Made by a program: the position numbers and the translations under genes | Part shown: positions 10,869 through 20,531 of the stretch, in pieces | Position numbering within the stretch: position 1 is the first letter of the stretch | How the letters are laid out: every line of letters begins with the position of its first letter | Notes under the pieces: model-generated | Database searches by the model: none | What the model was told of the DNA's origin: nothing | What the model saw: the letters and a program-made list of their open reading frames with translations, nothing else | Source: a virus | Length of the DNA stretch: 64,000 bases | IMG/VR virus record: IMGVR_UViG_3300009103_001660 | Coordinates: 59,212 to 123,211 of that record | Reading direction: 5' to 3' (one strand)

Positions 10869-11294
10869 TTATCTACCCTCGTTTAGAATATCTTTTACAT
10901 CTTTTTCTAATTTGGGTAATTCGTTCGAAGAACTAGACGGTTTCGTAAATTTTGCTCTATGAACATTGAATTCTCTTACGAGACGCTTTTTAAGTTCTCC
11001 AACGTGCTCGACTGGAAGTAGCCCAACAGATGTTGCGTGCGTTTGAAGAGAGGCTTTATCCTGTTCATCAAGCCAGTTTTTATACTCTTCTGGATCTAAG
11101 GTTTTATACTTTTGTTCACCAGAATCTCCCCAGATTTGGTCCAAGGTCGTAGGCACAAAAGTCTCTTTTTCTATCATTGCATGAGTTTGCTTGAGCTCTT
11201 TAGCTTTCGTACTCTTTTTTTTATTTGTCTTTTTAGGCATAATATTTAAATGGTTAGCCGATGCAGTATTTGAGTTACTGTCATCTCGGAGCAT
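10869..11294 (-). CDS. Hypothetical protein (start may be 11240, MPKK)
   Basis: Basic N-terminus then helical domain; lies just downstream of the group I intron. Confidence 0.7.
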   Translation of the reverse strand: MLRDDSNSNTASANHLNIMPKKTNKKKSTKAKELKQTHAMIEKETFVPTTLDQIWGDSGEQKYKTLDPEEYKNWLDEQDKASLQTHATSVGLLPVEHVGELKKRLVREFNVHRAKFTKPSSSSNELPKLEKDVKDILNEGR

Positions 11295-11330
11295 GGCGAA
11301 ATGTTAGTACACTGCCTCAATACTGTAATC

Positions 11331-11554
11331 CAATTTGTTATCATTAGTTTTTTAATTTTCTAACCTCTATATGTCGCCATATAGTTCGGACTATATCTTC
11401 GCTAATAAGCGTCGGGCGCTCGTGGGCGGGTTATTGTCGGGTCTCACCGCCTAGTCTCTACACCTTCCAGAGTATCAGTACCCCCTCTGGCTTGGCTCGG
11501 TATTGTCTCCCAAAAGAGATTTTCACCGAATTCACCCAATATGGCCAATTTTTT
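11331..11554 (-). ncRNA. ORF-less group I intron (IA-like, with P7.1)
   Basis: Core elements present in order: P3 UUGGGUG/CGCCCGA, P4 UUCGGU/ACCGAG, P5, P6/P6a CCAGAG/CUCUGG, P7 GACUA/UAGUCC, J8/7 AAGAUA, P8 CGCU/AGCG, P9 CUAUAUG-GCGA-CAUAUAG, P9.0 and terminal UAACAAAUUG. Confidence 0.9.
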
Positions 11555-11611
11555 ACCTTAACATATTCTACACTATCTTATGTAAAAATCAAATTATTTA
11601 TTAATATTTAA

Positions 11612-13249
11612 TCAAAACTCATCAGGACTTATTAATCCTTGACCTATACATTTATCGGTAAAGCTCATGATTCCTCCAGCATGCCCAGTATAATCTGTAT
11701 AATAATATATACTTCTATGAGGCCTAAATACGCCAGTATTAGTATATTCACCAGTATGGTAAGCACCTATCTTTCCCGTATCCCAAGTCATTCCACAGTC
11801 AGTATATATCGCCACAGTATGGCCTGGAATATTTCCACTTGCTGCTGTCGGGCTGGTTAAATTTATAGTCCCCCCCATATAAGTATGGTTTTCACAAGCG
11901 TAATATAGGGTATCTGGAGCGTTAAGGGGGGGTCTAAATTTTATCCCAGAACCATCTCTATTTAACGGTTCCATTCCGCTTAAGTACGGGTTTGTTCCAG
12001 AAGTAAATGCGAATAAATTCCCAGATTCGCCAGAGGTGTTTGCCCACAATACTGCGTTATAATGAACCCCCGTATCTCCGCCCCCATGAGGGGTGGTTGA
12101 TATGTATATTGTATGGTTTGCGTTTCCAGTAGCCTCTTGGAAGAAGTAGTATTCTCCCCCTCTAATAAGATCTAATGTCGGAGAGAAAATAAACCCACTA
12201 CCAGTGTGGTCTGGCGCAGCGCCAGTATCTACCAAAAACCCTCGAGAATGACCAACACCATGGTGCGGATGGGAAGCATCTTTTCCGCTTGTATCAATAT
12301 AAATATAATTCATCGAACTCGGTGTGATAAATTTAGTTATATTACTATGCAATTCTCCAGAAATTTCTGAACTTATATCGTTATTTATTCCAGATTTTCC
12401 ATCATATGTTTGCGCGAGCTTAAATGGAACCTGTATATACTCCGACACACCAGTTCCTGTGGTCATAACCCACGGAGGGGTCAAATCAAAATAAAAATAT
12501 TGACCATTTCCACTATGGATTTGATTAGCCATCTCTCCGCTAGTTCGAATACCGCTAGAGAGCATGTGGACATGCTTCTTTCTTATTCCCTGTATATAAA
12601 ATGAGTCGTTTGATGAATCAAAATAAACTTCCATGTCATTCTTTGAACAGGGGGTGTCATATTTAGTAACGTCTGTATAAAGATTCTCTCCATAGTACGT
12701 TTGCCAAAGGGTAGTAGATACTTCTTTTTCTGGGACATTTCCAACCGCATGTTTGTTTCTTATAGGTTCTAATACATCAAACTCTATACATGGATATGGC
12801 TTGTCGTAAGTTCCGTCTTGGGCATTATAATTTCTAATTTGAACCTTGTCTTGGTTATCTTCCCAGTATCTTCTATAGAAAGACTGAAACGCTCGATTAT
12901 ATTTTACATCTAGATTGTATCTTTTTATAGATGAGGTATCGTTTTCGTCATATCCATAAGGATAGCTAGCGGATAGATTCTTGTAAAAGGTTTCTACCGT
13001 CTCATCATCTAGAAAAGTATCAAATTTTCCTATGTAAAACCTATTTCCCTTTTTATAGTATCCGTTGTCATTGGAGCGATGAGTAAAACCCAATCTTTCA
13101 ATAGATAAAAGCTTCACTGGTTTTAGAAAAAATCTAGGCGTAGTATCCTCTACTCTGTTATATGAATTATAATTAAAGTAAAGGCGAACCCTAATCGCCA
13201 TTGCGCGATTGATTTTATTTATCTTTAAGTCAATCCATTCGTTAGCCAT
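11612..13249 (-). CDS. Virion structural protein with C-terminal cupredoxin-like domain
   Basis: PDTLYYACENHTYMGGTI motif seen in aquatic phage structural proteins. Confidence 0.55.
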   Translation of the reverse strand: MANEWIDLKINKINRAMAIRVRLYFNYNSYNRVEDTTPRFFLKPVKLLSIERLGFTHRSNDNGYYKKGNRFYIGKFDTFLDDETVETFYKNLSASYPYGYDENDTSSIKRYNLDVKYNRAFQSFYRRYWEDNQDKVQIRNYNAQDGTYDKPYPCIEFDVLEPIRNKHAVGNVPEKEVSTTLWQTYYGENLYTDVTKYDTPCSKNDMEVYFDSSNDSFYIQGIRKKHVHMLSSGIRTSGEMANQIHSGNGQYFYFDLTPPWVMTTGTGVSEYIQVPFKLAQTYDGKSGINNDISSEISGELHSNITKFITPSSMNYIYIDTSGKDASHPHHGVGHSRGFLVDTGAAPDHTGSGFIFSPTLDLIRGGEYYFFQEATGNANHTIYISTTPHGGGDTGVHYNAVLWANTSGESGNLFAFTSGTNPYLSGMEPLNRDGSGIKFRPPLNAPDTLYYACENHTYMGGTINLTSPTAASGNIPGHTVAIYTDCGMTWDTGKIGAYHTGEYTNTGVFRPHRSIYYYTDYTGHAGGIMSFTDKCIGQGLISPDEF

Positions 13250-13258
13250 AATATTTTC

Positions 13259-14773
13259 CTAGTATGCTGACCCTCCGCCTACATTATTTGAGGTTGAAGT
13301 ATTGGTTTTATTAGATAGTGACCCCTTGTATATACCAGATGAGGGATATAAAATGTGAGCTACTGGGTTTGATATTTTATCAAGCCAAATATCTGTATAG
13401 TTGTAGTTGGAACTATCCCTTGTTCCGCCATACATGTTTAACATACCGTCATAGTACATTGGCGATCCAACTGGAGAAGACTCTGTGCCTTGAGCGGCCC
13501 CCACCTTTTCGTTTCTTGCTATTCCATAGCCATCGTATACATTTTGTGCAACCCTATCAAGCATTTTTTCGTATCTCTTCATTCTGGATGATTTATTTTT
13601 GACACCCAAAGATACTAATAGTAAATTTAATTTTTTATAATATTTTCGTTTGGCTGAAGCAATAGCTTTATCAACAGAGTATTCGTACGTTGCATCCACT
13701 CCTACACCAGTAAATATTCCAGAGCAATCAATATCTATCTTATTAGAGTATGTTGCTCCTTCACCAGTATATTGGACAACAGAAATTTCCCCATCAAAAC
13801 CGATATATTTGCCATCCGTTGATGCGGTTTCTATCCTAGCGTATGCGCCAGATGGAATCACCCCGTCCCACAAACCAGTAAATACATTTTTAATATATTG
13901 ATTTGCGTATTGGGAGTGGCTTTGATTTATTGTATTTGTTTGCAGAGCAAGATCATTCGTTCTGATATCTCGGTATTGTGTTCCGCTACCTAATATTTCC
14001 CCCTCTGGAATAATAACGTGATTAGAAGTAAAAGTTGTTATTATTGCGTCGTTTGTTACTTTACCAGATCCCAAATGAGTATACACTAGCCCACTAACCC
14101 CGTATATTTCATGAGGAGAGATATAAACAGCCTGTTCTCCCGCTGGTGTAAGAAGACTTTTCTGGTTTTTATTGCTCCAATGAGACATAAAAGTTCCAGT
14201 TTTAATTATTAAAATATCATTTAAATTATCTATATCTTTTGTTACTTTTAATACGGTTGGGTAGTTATATGGACCAACGCACCAAGACTGGGAATATGGG
14301 ATGGAATAAAAAAGATCTGATGAAGTTTGTTTTGTAAAAATAAAATCAAGCTTTTTTTTGGAAATTTTGTCTATTGTATTTTTTAAAGATTTTTTTGACT
14401 TTTTATATCTTAGTAGATCTTTAACTACTAGCTTTTTTAGTTCCCCCCTAAATTGAGCAAAAACATCTTTTATTGAGTGAGATACCTCAGCGGTTGTAGA
14501 ATAGTATTTTCTTACTGAATTTGGCACATAGTGAATTTCTGTATTTTCATCTAGAGGCTTATGGAAGCCAAACCCCATTTGATTTTGTAACTCATCAAAT
14601 ACCAACCCATCACTACTCCTATCACTAAAAGCTTCTGCCTCTAAAGTGCCATCCTCATGTATTCGAACGGTTTTACTTTTCGCCCCTTTCCCGTGATGTT
14701 GGGCAATTACTTCAGAAGTATCTTCTTTTTTATAACCTTTTGAGCCATAATTATGATTTTTTGGATAGGCCAT
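13259..14773 (-). CDS. Hypothetical structural-module protein
   Basis: Long ORF directly after the capsid terminator, with its own GTGTA motif. Confidence 0.5.
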   Translation of the reverse strand: MAYPKNHNYGSKGYKKEDTSEVIAQHHGKGAKSKTVRIHEDGTLEAEAFSDRSSDGLVFDELQNQMGFGFHKPLDENTEIHYVPNSVRKYYSTTAEVSHSIKDVFAQFRGELKKLVVKDLLRYKKSKKSLKNTIDKISKKKLDFIFTKQTSSDLFYSIPYSQSWCVGPYNYPTVLKVTKDIDNLNDILIIKTGTFMSHWSNKNQKSLLTPAGEQAVYISPHEIYGVSGLVYTHLGSGKVTNDAIITTFTSNHVIIPEGEILGSGTQYRDIRTNDLALQTNTINQSHSQYANQYIKNVFTGLWDGVIPSGAYARIETASTDGKYIGFDGEISVVQYTGEGATYSNKIDIDCSGIFTGVGVDATYEYSVDKAIASAKRKYYKKLNLLLVSLGVKNKSSRMKRYEKMLDRVAQNVYDGYGIARNEKVGAAQGTESSPVGSPMYYDGMLNMYGGTRDSSNYNYTDIWLDKISNPVAHILYPSSGIYKGSLSNKTNTSTSNNVGGGSAY

Positions 14774-14822
14774 CTTACTAAGGAATATTACACTATTATA
14801 GATATCTTTCTAGTAAAAGTAT

Positions 14823-14851
14823 AAAAAAAACTCAGGGGCAAAGCCCCTGAG
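14823..14851 (-). terminator. Intrinsic terminator after major capsid gene
   Basis: CTCAGGGG-C-AAA-GCCCCTGAG stem followed by U8 on minus strand. Confidence 0.9.
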
Positions 14852-14875
14852 TATGAATTTTAAGTTTATCGAGTG

Positions 14876-15988
14876 TTAGATAACTACGCCAGCGAGTACT
14901 CTGGAGTCGATACAAACGCGTCCCTCTTCCAACCAGCCGTAGTAACCAGTCTTATCGGCGCGAGCCACGAACTGGTCATCAGGCAGAACCATAAACTGGC
15001 TGCCAGACTCGTTTTGCTGAGCAACTGGACGGATAAACGCATCGCGAGAAGCGTCGAGTCCAATAATCAACTCTGTGTCTGCACTATTGAAGTCGGATGC
15101 ATCTGGGCTAAGTCCGTCACTTGTCACGAAGGTGTCAAACAACTTGTTATATTTACCATTTACACCGAGCTCGATTAGCTCATTGATTCTGATACCGAAA
15201 AGCTCGGCAGAACCTGCAGCACGATAGATATCCTCACGGACGTTATCGGGCAGAGGAACTGGGCCACTTTCGTTAAACTGGGAACCAGTCGAACTATGCA
15301 TTGAGTTGTAAGCGAACGCTCTGATATCTCCCTTAACCTCTGGGCTGACGAACAGATCGGTCATGCCGAAACTATCGCCACCAACAGGTGTGCCACCATC
15401 GGTTACCCAAGAGGCGTTAAGCCTACGAACCTTGGTGATCAACTTGCTAAGGTGATCAATCTTAAATACGCCTGCGTCACCAGAGGGCGCAGAGACGATT
15501 TGCGAGCTAGCCTTAGCGGCCAGTGCGCGAAGCACAACTGCCCAAGCATTACGCTCTTGCTTAATGAGGAGCTCTTGCGCCATGCGCTCGAGAGCTTTAC
15601 CAATTACGTCCAAACGATGCTTACGAGCATATCTCTTCATGAAAGAAACAGCTGCATCAAGACGATAGGTGGCGATTTTCATCTCGGCGACGCCTTCGAC
15701 TTGTGAAGTGGGAAGACCACCAGCCATCGACTGCGACCACACGTTGATGTAGCCTTCATTCTCGTTATAATACAGATCAAGCGGATAACTTGGGCTATCG
15801 TCCTCGTCATACACAACATCACTATAGAACAGTCCAGCTGTTCCAGCGTGTTGAATAACTTTTTGGATCACGGGACCGATAAAAGCTGCGAAGACTGAAT
15901 TAGCTTCAGCAGAAACGGTAGGATCTTTAGACCCGATCGCCTTAATAAGCTCAACTTGTTCTGGAGTATTCTTTAATTTTAATTTCAT
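14876..15988 (-). CDS. Major capsid protein
   Basis: 370 aa; follows protease/scaffold and decoration genes; strong RBS; biased codon use; followed by a terminator. Confidence 0.8.
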   Translation of the reverse strand: MKLKLKNTPEQVELIKAIGSKDPTVSAEANSVFAAFIGPVIQKVIQHAGTAGLFYSDVVYDEDDSPSYPLDLYYNENEGYINVWSQSMAGGLPTSQVEGVAEMKIATYRLDAAVSFMKRYARKHRLDVIGKALERMAQELLIKQERNAWAVVLRALAAKASSQIVSAPSGDAGVFKIDHLSKLITKVRRLNASWVTDGGTPVGGDSFGMTDLFVSPEVKGDIRAFAYNSMHSSTGSQFNESGPVPLPDNVREDIYRAAGSAELFGIRINELIELGVNGKYNKLFDTFVTSDGLSPDASDFNSADTELIIGLDASRDAFIRPVAQQNESGSQFMVLPDDQFVARADKTGYYGWLEEGRVCIDSRVLAGVVI

Positions 15989-16016
15989 TTCTTTTTCTCC
16001 TTAATTATTTAAATGT

Positions 16017-16601
16017 TTACGGATTTGTATCAACCACACCAGCGTCAACTGAATGCTCGATGTTAAGTTTGAGAAGTACATCTCCATTTTCGCCAGTCGG
16101 CCCTAAGAAGATGCCGATCACGTGAGCGTCTGTGACACCAGAGGTGCCGATCGCGCCGTTAGCAGCGGTCCAAGCTCTGCCGCCAGCGGCAGGTTTGACA
16201 CTCGTGGTGTGTGTTACTCCGTTCATCATTACCAAGCCCCTTGTGAGGACAGGTACCGCTTGACCGCTCATGGCGACTTGCATCTCGTCGGCCTTTCGCG
16301 GGTGAAATACTAATTTTTCTCCGTTTTCGTCAACTTCCTTTACGTCATACATGAGCATGCCCAAGGGTCTGTCGGTTGCACCGCAGAGACCAACAAGAGC
16401 CTTAACTCCCCAACGATCCGAAAGTGTATTCGGATAGCTGTTGTTGATACTGAGATTCTCCAACGTATCGTCGTGCTTGTAACCGTTAACAAGCTTTACG
16501 ATGGCTCCTCGAGTAGCTGCACCATGCGTATGGTAGTCAAACGCAAACAGGTTAATTACATCATTTTCATGAATTTGTCTGAATGGTCTTAATGTTGCCA
16601 T
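16017..16601 (-). CDS. Capsid decoration/stabilising protein
   Basis: Between scaffold and MCP; PLGML..V...GQAVPVLTRG pattern typical of decoration proteins. Confidence 0.65.
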   Translation of the reverse strand: MATLRPFRQIHENDVINLFAFDYHTHGAATRGAIVKLVNGYKHDDTLENLSINNSYPNTLSDRWGVKALVGLCGATDRPLGMLMYDVKEVDENGEKLVFHPRKADEMQVAMSGQAVPVLTRGLVMMNGVTHTTSVKPAAGGRAWTAANGAIGTSGVTDAHVIGIFLGPTGENGDVLLKLNIEHSVDAGVVDTNP

Positions 16602-16622
16602 AATATTTTATTCTCCTTTTAA

Positions 16623-18161
16623 TTATCTGTGTTTAATGTCGAATTGATCAAAACCGAAAGCATTCTTATACTTTTCGTACAAAGTGGGCTCTTCAGTCTC
16701 CGAGCTTACAGGAACATCCTGAGCTTCAGCTTCTGCGTTGTCCAGCACCTCTTCAGCTAGTTGGGCAGTCGGCTGCTCTTCTTGAGTAGCTTCAACCTTA
16801 ACCTCAGCAGGTTCTTCGGTAGTTACTTCCTCCACGACTTCTTCTTTCTTACTAAGAAAGATTTCCATCTTGGTCTTGTAAATGTTAAAATCTTCATCAG
16901 ACATACCTTTAATATCTGTTGCGAGAACTTCCTTCGCCTTGTCGTTGAGATCATACTCTTCGTCAAGGGAGGCCATTCTCTGGTTAAATTGCTCTTGAGC
17001 TTCTTTCTCAAGCTTGTCCTTTTCTAAGGATTCAAGAGCCTCCTTTACTTTAGCTAGCTCGTCTTCGAGGGTTTTATGCTCGTCTTCAAGCTGCTTGTGT
17101 TTGTCCTCTGTAGATTCGAGGATATCTTGCTGCTTTCTGACTGCCTCGTCGTGCTCTCCAGCTTGTTTTTCAAGCTCTTGCTCGATGAACTCAGAGATAG
17201 CAGAAGCCGAAATCTCTTTGAGATTTTCGTCAGTAATATCTTTTATGCTATTAATTTTGTTCATAACTTTATTATCCTTAATTTTCTCACTTTTTATTAC
17301 ATTTATTTTGGTTTCTTGTGAACTTTCAATTTTTGGTTGATCGCTCTCTTGTTTAGAATCGTTCTCTGCCCACTTATCATAGACATCATATGGTTTTTTA
17401 TACCCTTTATCTTCTGGGAGTAGCCTTTGTCTTGTCGCAACCCCACTGACATCTGCCGCTGGGTTTTCTGTTAATCCAATTCCCAATGGAACAACATGAC
17501 CTTTAACTCTGCGGTAAACATATTTACCATTTTCTAGCCTTCCCTCTCCGCCGTTTGCTCTTAGGTGAGACTGTAGTCGTTGTACTTCGGTACTTTCTGT
17601 TACATAATCACCATGCTCTATATTTTTTTGATTTTCGTCCAAAAGTACTAAATCATAGTCTTCGAAGCCTAACTCCCAGCTAGCTGAAACTGATTGGTAG
17701 CTTGTGCTGGTTGGATCATTGGACTCCTCTACGATATCAGCAAGCTCGCTGTTAACCACTTTCCATATAACACCACCCAATGTGACGTTAAAGGGACCAA
17801 GAAATTCCCTTGGAACATCTTTCATAGCCTTATCAGTGCCAAACTCGCTAAAGCCCGCAGATAAAATAACCCCAACAACCCTTTCTCTGTTGTGTTCGAG
17901 GTTGATAGGTTTATTGACAAAATTTTGAAAAATATCAACAGAAGTTGCGGTATTGATAACATCACCGTTTTTATTTACCCTGTTAGCCACAAAAGCGTTG
18001 AATGCAACGGGCAGAAGGTCAACGTTCGAGTCGGTGTCGATATCTGGAATAAAATCGCCGACGTCTATCAAGCTAGCCATGGCTAGATACTTGTCTTTTT
18101 CTTCTGCGACCAGAGGTCTTAACGTAGCACTAAATGATGTTTTATACTTAAAATCTTTCAT
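16623..18161 (-). CDS. Prohead protease fused to scaffold
   Basis: N-terminal NKNGD...PINLEH...SWEL...GIGLTENPAAD; C-terminal acidic coiled coil. Confidence 0.75.
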   Translation of the reverse strand: MKDFKYKTSFSATLRPLVAEEKDKYLAMASLIDVGDFIPDIDTDSNVDLLPVAFNAFVANRVNKNGDVINTATSVDIFQNFVNKPINLEHNRERVVGVILSAGFSEFGTDKAMKDVPREFLGPFNVTLGGVIWKVVNSELADIVEESNDPTSTSYQSVSASWELGFEDYDLVLLDENQKNIEHGDYVTESTEVQRLQSHLRANGGEGRLENGKYVYRRVKGHVVPLGIGLTENPAADVSGVATRQRLLPEDKGYKKPYDVYDKWAENDSKQESDQPKIESSQETKINVIKSEKIKDNKVMNKINSIKDITDENLKEISASAISEFIEQELEKQAGEHDEAVRKQQDILESTEDKHKQLEDEHKTLEDELAKVKEALESLEKDKLEKEAQEQFNQRMASLDEEYDLNDKAKEVLATDIKGMSDEDFNIYKTKMEIFLSKKEEVVEEVTTEEPAEVKVEATQEEQPTAQLAEEVLDNAEAEAQDVPVSSETEEPTLYEKYKNAFGFDQFDIKHR

Positions 18162-18472
18162 TATCCATCAAATTTTGAATTGTAAGTTCTTTTATGAACT
18201 AGCGTGAGAATATCTTCGTAATACTCTTTCCACCTAGTTTCGTCATCTGGGTAAGCTTTTTCATCCCAAGAGATTAGAATTTGTTTTAATTCTTCAATGA
18301 TCGGTTTTGGGTCATTGTCATAAAAGCTTTTTATGTCAATTCCAAATTTTTCAGCAGCCTCATTTACTTTTTGAACAAAAAGCTCTTCAGCGGCTGGATC
18401 GACCTGTGTGTTAGAGCTTTCATCTTGTAGCTCTTTTATCTGTTCACTAAAGTCAATTTCTTCTTGTTTCAT
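18161..18472 (-). CDS. Hypothetical acidic protein
   Basis: Abuts the protease gene. Confidence 0.65.
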   Translation of the reverse strand: MKQEEIDFSEQIKELQDESSNTQVDPAAEELFVQKVNEAAEKFGIDIKSFYDNDPKPIIEELKQILISWDEKAYPDDETRWKEYYEDILTLVHKRTYNSKFDG

Positions 18473-18682
18473 TATATATATATGTTTGGTTGAAAAAAAT
18501 TTAATCCCGCATATTCATATACACTAATTATGGAAAAAATGCACACTATTATAAAAAAAAAGTATTCAAGATGTCAATATTAAAAAAGCGTAACGCGCGC
18601 AAGCTATCGCTTACGACACGTTACGCCATTCTCCACCCATTTTTAGGCACTCCTTGACTTTTCACCCCTTGGCCCAAAAAAC

Positions 18683-18832
18683 TTAGTCTTTACATGAACA
18701 GCTACAGCCGTCTACGGCACAAACCCCAGAGTCACAGCACCCCTTATTACAGGAACAGTTAGAACATCCAGAGTTTCCCCAATTGCAGCCGATCATAAAT
18801 AGGGCGGCAAACAGTGTTATAATTTTTTTCAT
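18683..18832 (-). CDS. 49-aa Cys-rich, metallothionein-like lipoprotein (not in ORF track)
   Basis: MKKIITLFAALFMIG-C-NWGNSGCSNCSCNKGCCDSGVCAVDGCSCSCKD; lipobox; ATGA overlap with the protease stop. Confidence 0.75.
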   Translation of the reverse strand: MKKIITLFAALFMIGCNWGNSGCSNCSCNKGCCDSGVCAVDGCSCSCKD

Positions 18833-19770
18833 TCTTTTTCTTTCTTTTTAATGATTAATACTTTTGGATAAGTTACACGCAGCATAAAGGGGAACATTTT
18901 TTTAGCCGCTTCCTTATCTGCATCTATGCTATCGCTCTTTTCTTTTGGACTATTTTCGATAGGCATCTTATCCAATTCATCTTCTGAAGGCATAGATACA
19001 CTTTTATCTAGTGCCCACATAATCTTATGTTTCTGACAATACTCAACCATTCTGCGCACAGGTACGATAAGATTAAAGCCCTCTCCCGCTCCTCGGACCA
19101 ACATTCCTACATATCTAGCGTCTTTCTTTAAATATACTCCGCCCCCAGAGCTTCCTGGGAAGGCCGTGCAAGTTGTCTGATCAAATACGTGCTTGTTTAA
19201 TGACTTGATTAATCTACCGTGTTGAGAATAGATTCCATCTGTCATACTATTCGCCCCCATTTGGCCTAATAGAGAACCAACGTGCAGGAGATCTTCACCA
19301 AGAGGGGGAATTTTTTCATCAAGATAAAAGGTTACCGTATCTGTGACGAAGTTAAGTTTACGGACACGAAGCAGAGCGAGATCGTGCCCATCTTCGGAAT
19401 CGCTATATTTTAAAACCTCAGCATCCATTTGCAACCTGCCAACCGTTCTGCCGTTTTGTCGGATTTCTTTAATGACTGCTGGGTCTTTAAATTCCACTAG
19501 GGTTTTAGGGGCACCATTGACCAAGACCTTTCTTTCAGAACGGAGGTTATCTATGACGTGAGCGGCGGTCCAAATAAAATTTACTTGATTACCTTTAGAA
19601 TCTTTTCGAGTAAAAATTACCCCAGACCCTTCCCCATTTGAGAATTGTCCCTCAGACCTAATTGTAACAGAAACATTTTGCAAATGATCTGCTGTACTTT
19701 GTCTCTTCTCGCCAGCGGGTGAAGATGTCACTAAGGCGAGACCTAGAATTAATGGTGTAAGAATTTTCAT
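18829..19770 (-). CDS. Secreted trypsin-like (S1) serine protease
   Basis: Signal peptide; catalytic motifs WTAAHV, DLALL, FPGSSGGG. Confidence 0.9.
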   Translation of the reverse strand: MKILTPLILGLALVTSSPAGEKRQSTADHLQNVSVTIRSEGQFSNGEGSGVIFTRKDSKGNQVNFIWTAAHVIDNLRSERKVLVNGAPKTLVEFKDPAVIKEIRQNGRTVGRLQMDAEVLKYSDSEDGHDLALLRVRKLNFVTDTVTFYLDEKIPPLGEDLLHVGSLLGQMGANSMTDGIYSQHGRLIKSLNKHVFDQTTCTAFPGSSGGGVYLKKDARYVGMLVRGAGEGFNLIVPVRRMVEYCQKHKIMWALDKSVSMPSEDELDKMPIENSPKEKSDSIDADKEAAKKMFPFMLRVTYPKVLIIKKKEKE

Positions 19771-19843
19771 AAATATTACTTTCTATTATAGGAAGTCCTA
19801 TTCTAAATATAAAGCTTATTCTGAAATAATGAAAGGAAAAAGT

Positions 19844-20272
19844 TTAGTAAGTGAAGCCGAAATTGTGATATTCATCTAAGTAAAGATCGTCTATGTTGTC
19901 AAAATCAAAATTTAAATTAAATTTTTCGACATCGGTTTTAGCTTTTACAAAATCGTCTTCCGACGGAATTATGGATGCGGAACAATCAAAATTACGCTTT
20001 AGGTCGCCAGAGGCTAATCCTAAATATGCGTTTACTCGAGCCATACACCATAAAGTTTTTGTTACATTATCACATTCTTCTGGAAATTCTCTAGACGCGT
20101 TCCTGAAAACCTTTTTAAGTATGCGGATGTTAGTTTTTTTGTTTTTGTTTTCTTTGTTATACTCTTTTACTTTTGACTGAAGCACACCGACAATCTTATT
20201 GGAATACTCGACAAACAAGACTTCTGAGTTTTCCTCTGGCTCAGGGGCTTGGTTTGTTACGTCGATTTCCAT
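19844..20272 (-). CDS. Hypothetical protein (start likely MEIDV)
   Basis: GTGTA motif 10 nt upstream of this ATG. Confidence 0.6.
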   Translation of the reverse strand: MEIDVTNQAPEPEENSEVLFVEYSNKIVGVLQSKVKEYNKENKNKKTNIRILKKVFRNASREFPEECDNVTKTLWCMARVNAYLGLASGDLKRNFDCSASIIPSEDDFVKAKTDVEKFNLNFDFDNIDDLYLDEYHNFGFTY

Positions 20273-20303
20273 TATTACAATATACACTTAAATTATAATT
20301 TTT

Positions 20304-20525
20304 TTAGTTTTTTTTGAAAATGTTAAAAATCCCCTTCCACTGGCCAGATTTTTGGTTTTCTTCCTTTTTCATTCTTTGTACATCGAGCTCGTTTTTAAAC
20401 TCTCTTAATGCAAAAATCGCATGGGCAGCGTATCGCCCTTTGGACTTGCGATAGCTTTTATCGCGATACTTTTTGTCAAGATCGCTGAGCATGTCGCAAA
20501 TCTCCTTGTATGCAAAGTAAACCAT
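20304..20525 (-). CDS. Small basic hypothetical protein
   Basis: Tiles on the coding strand. Confidence 0.55.
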   Translation of the reverse strand: MVYFAYKEICDMLSDLDKKYRDKSYRKSKGRYAAHAIFALREFKNELDVQRMKKEENQKSGQWKGIFNIFKKN

Positions 20526-20531
20526 CTCTCA

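Noticed and set aside
11240-11340. SRP RNA, 6S RNA or tRNA as the intron host
   Set aside because: No SRP helix-8 motif, too short for 6S, no cloverleaf after splicing
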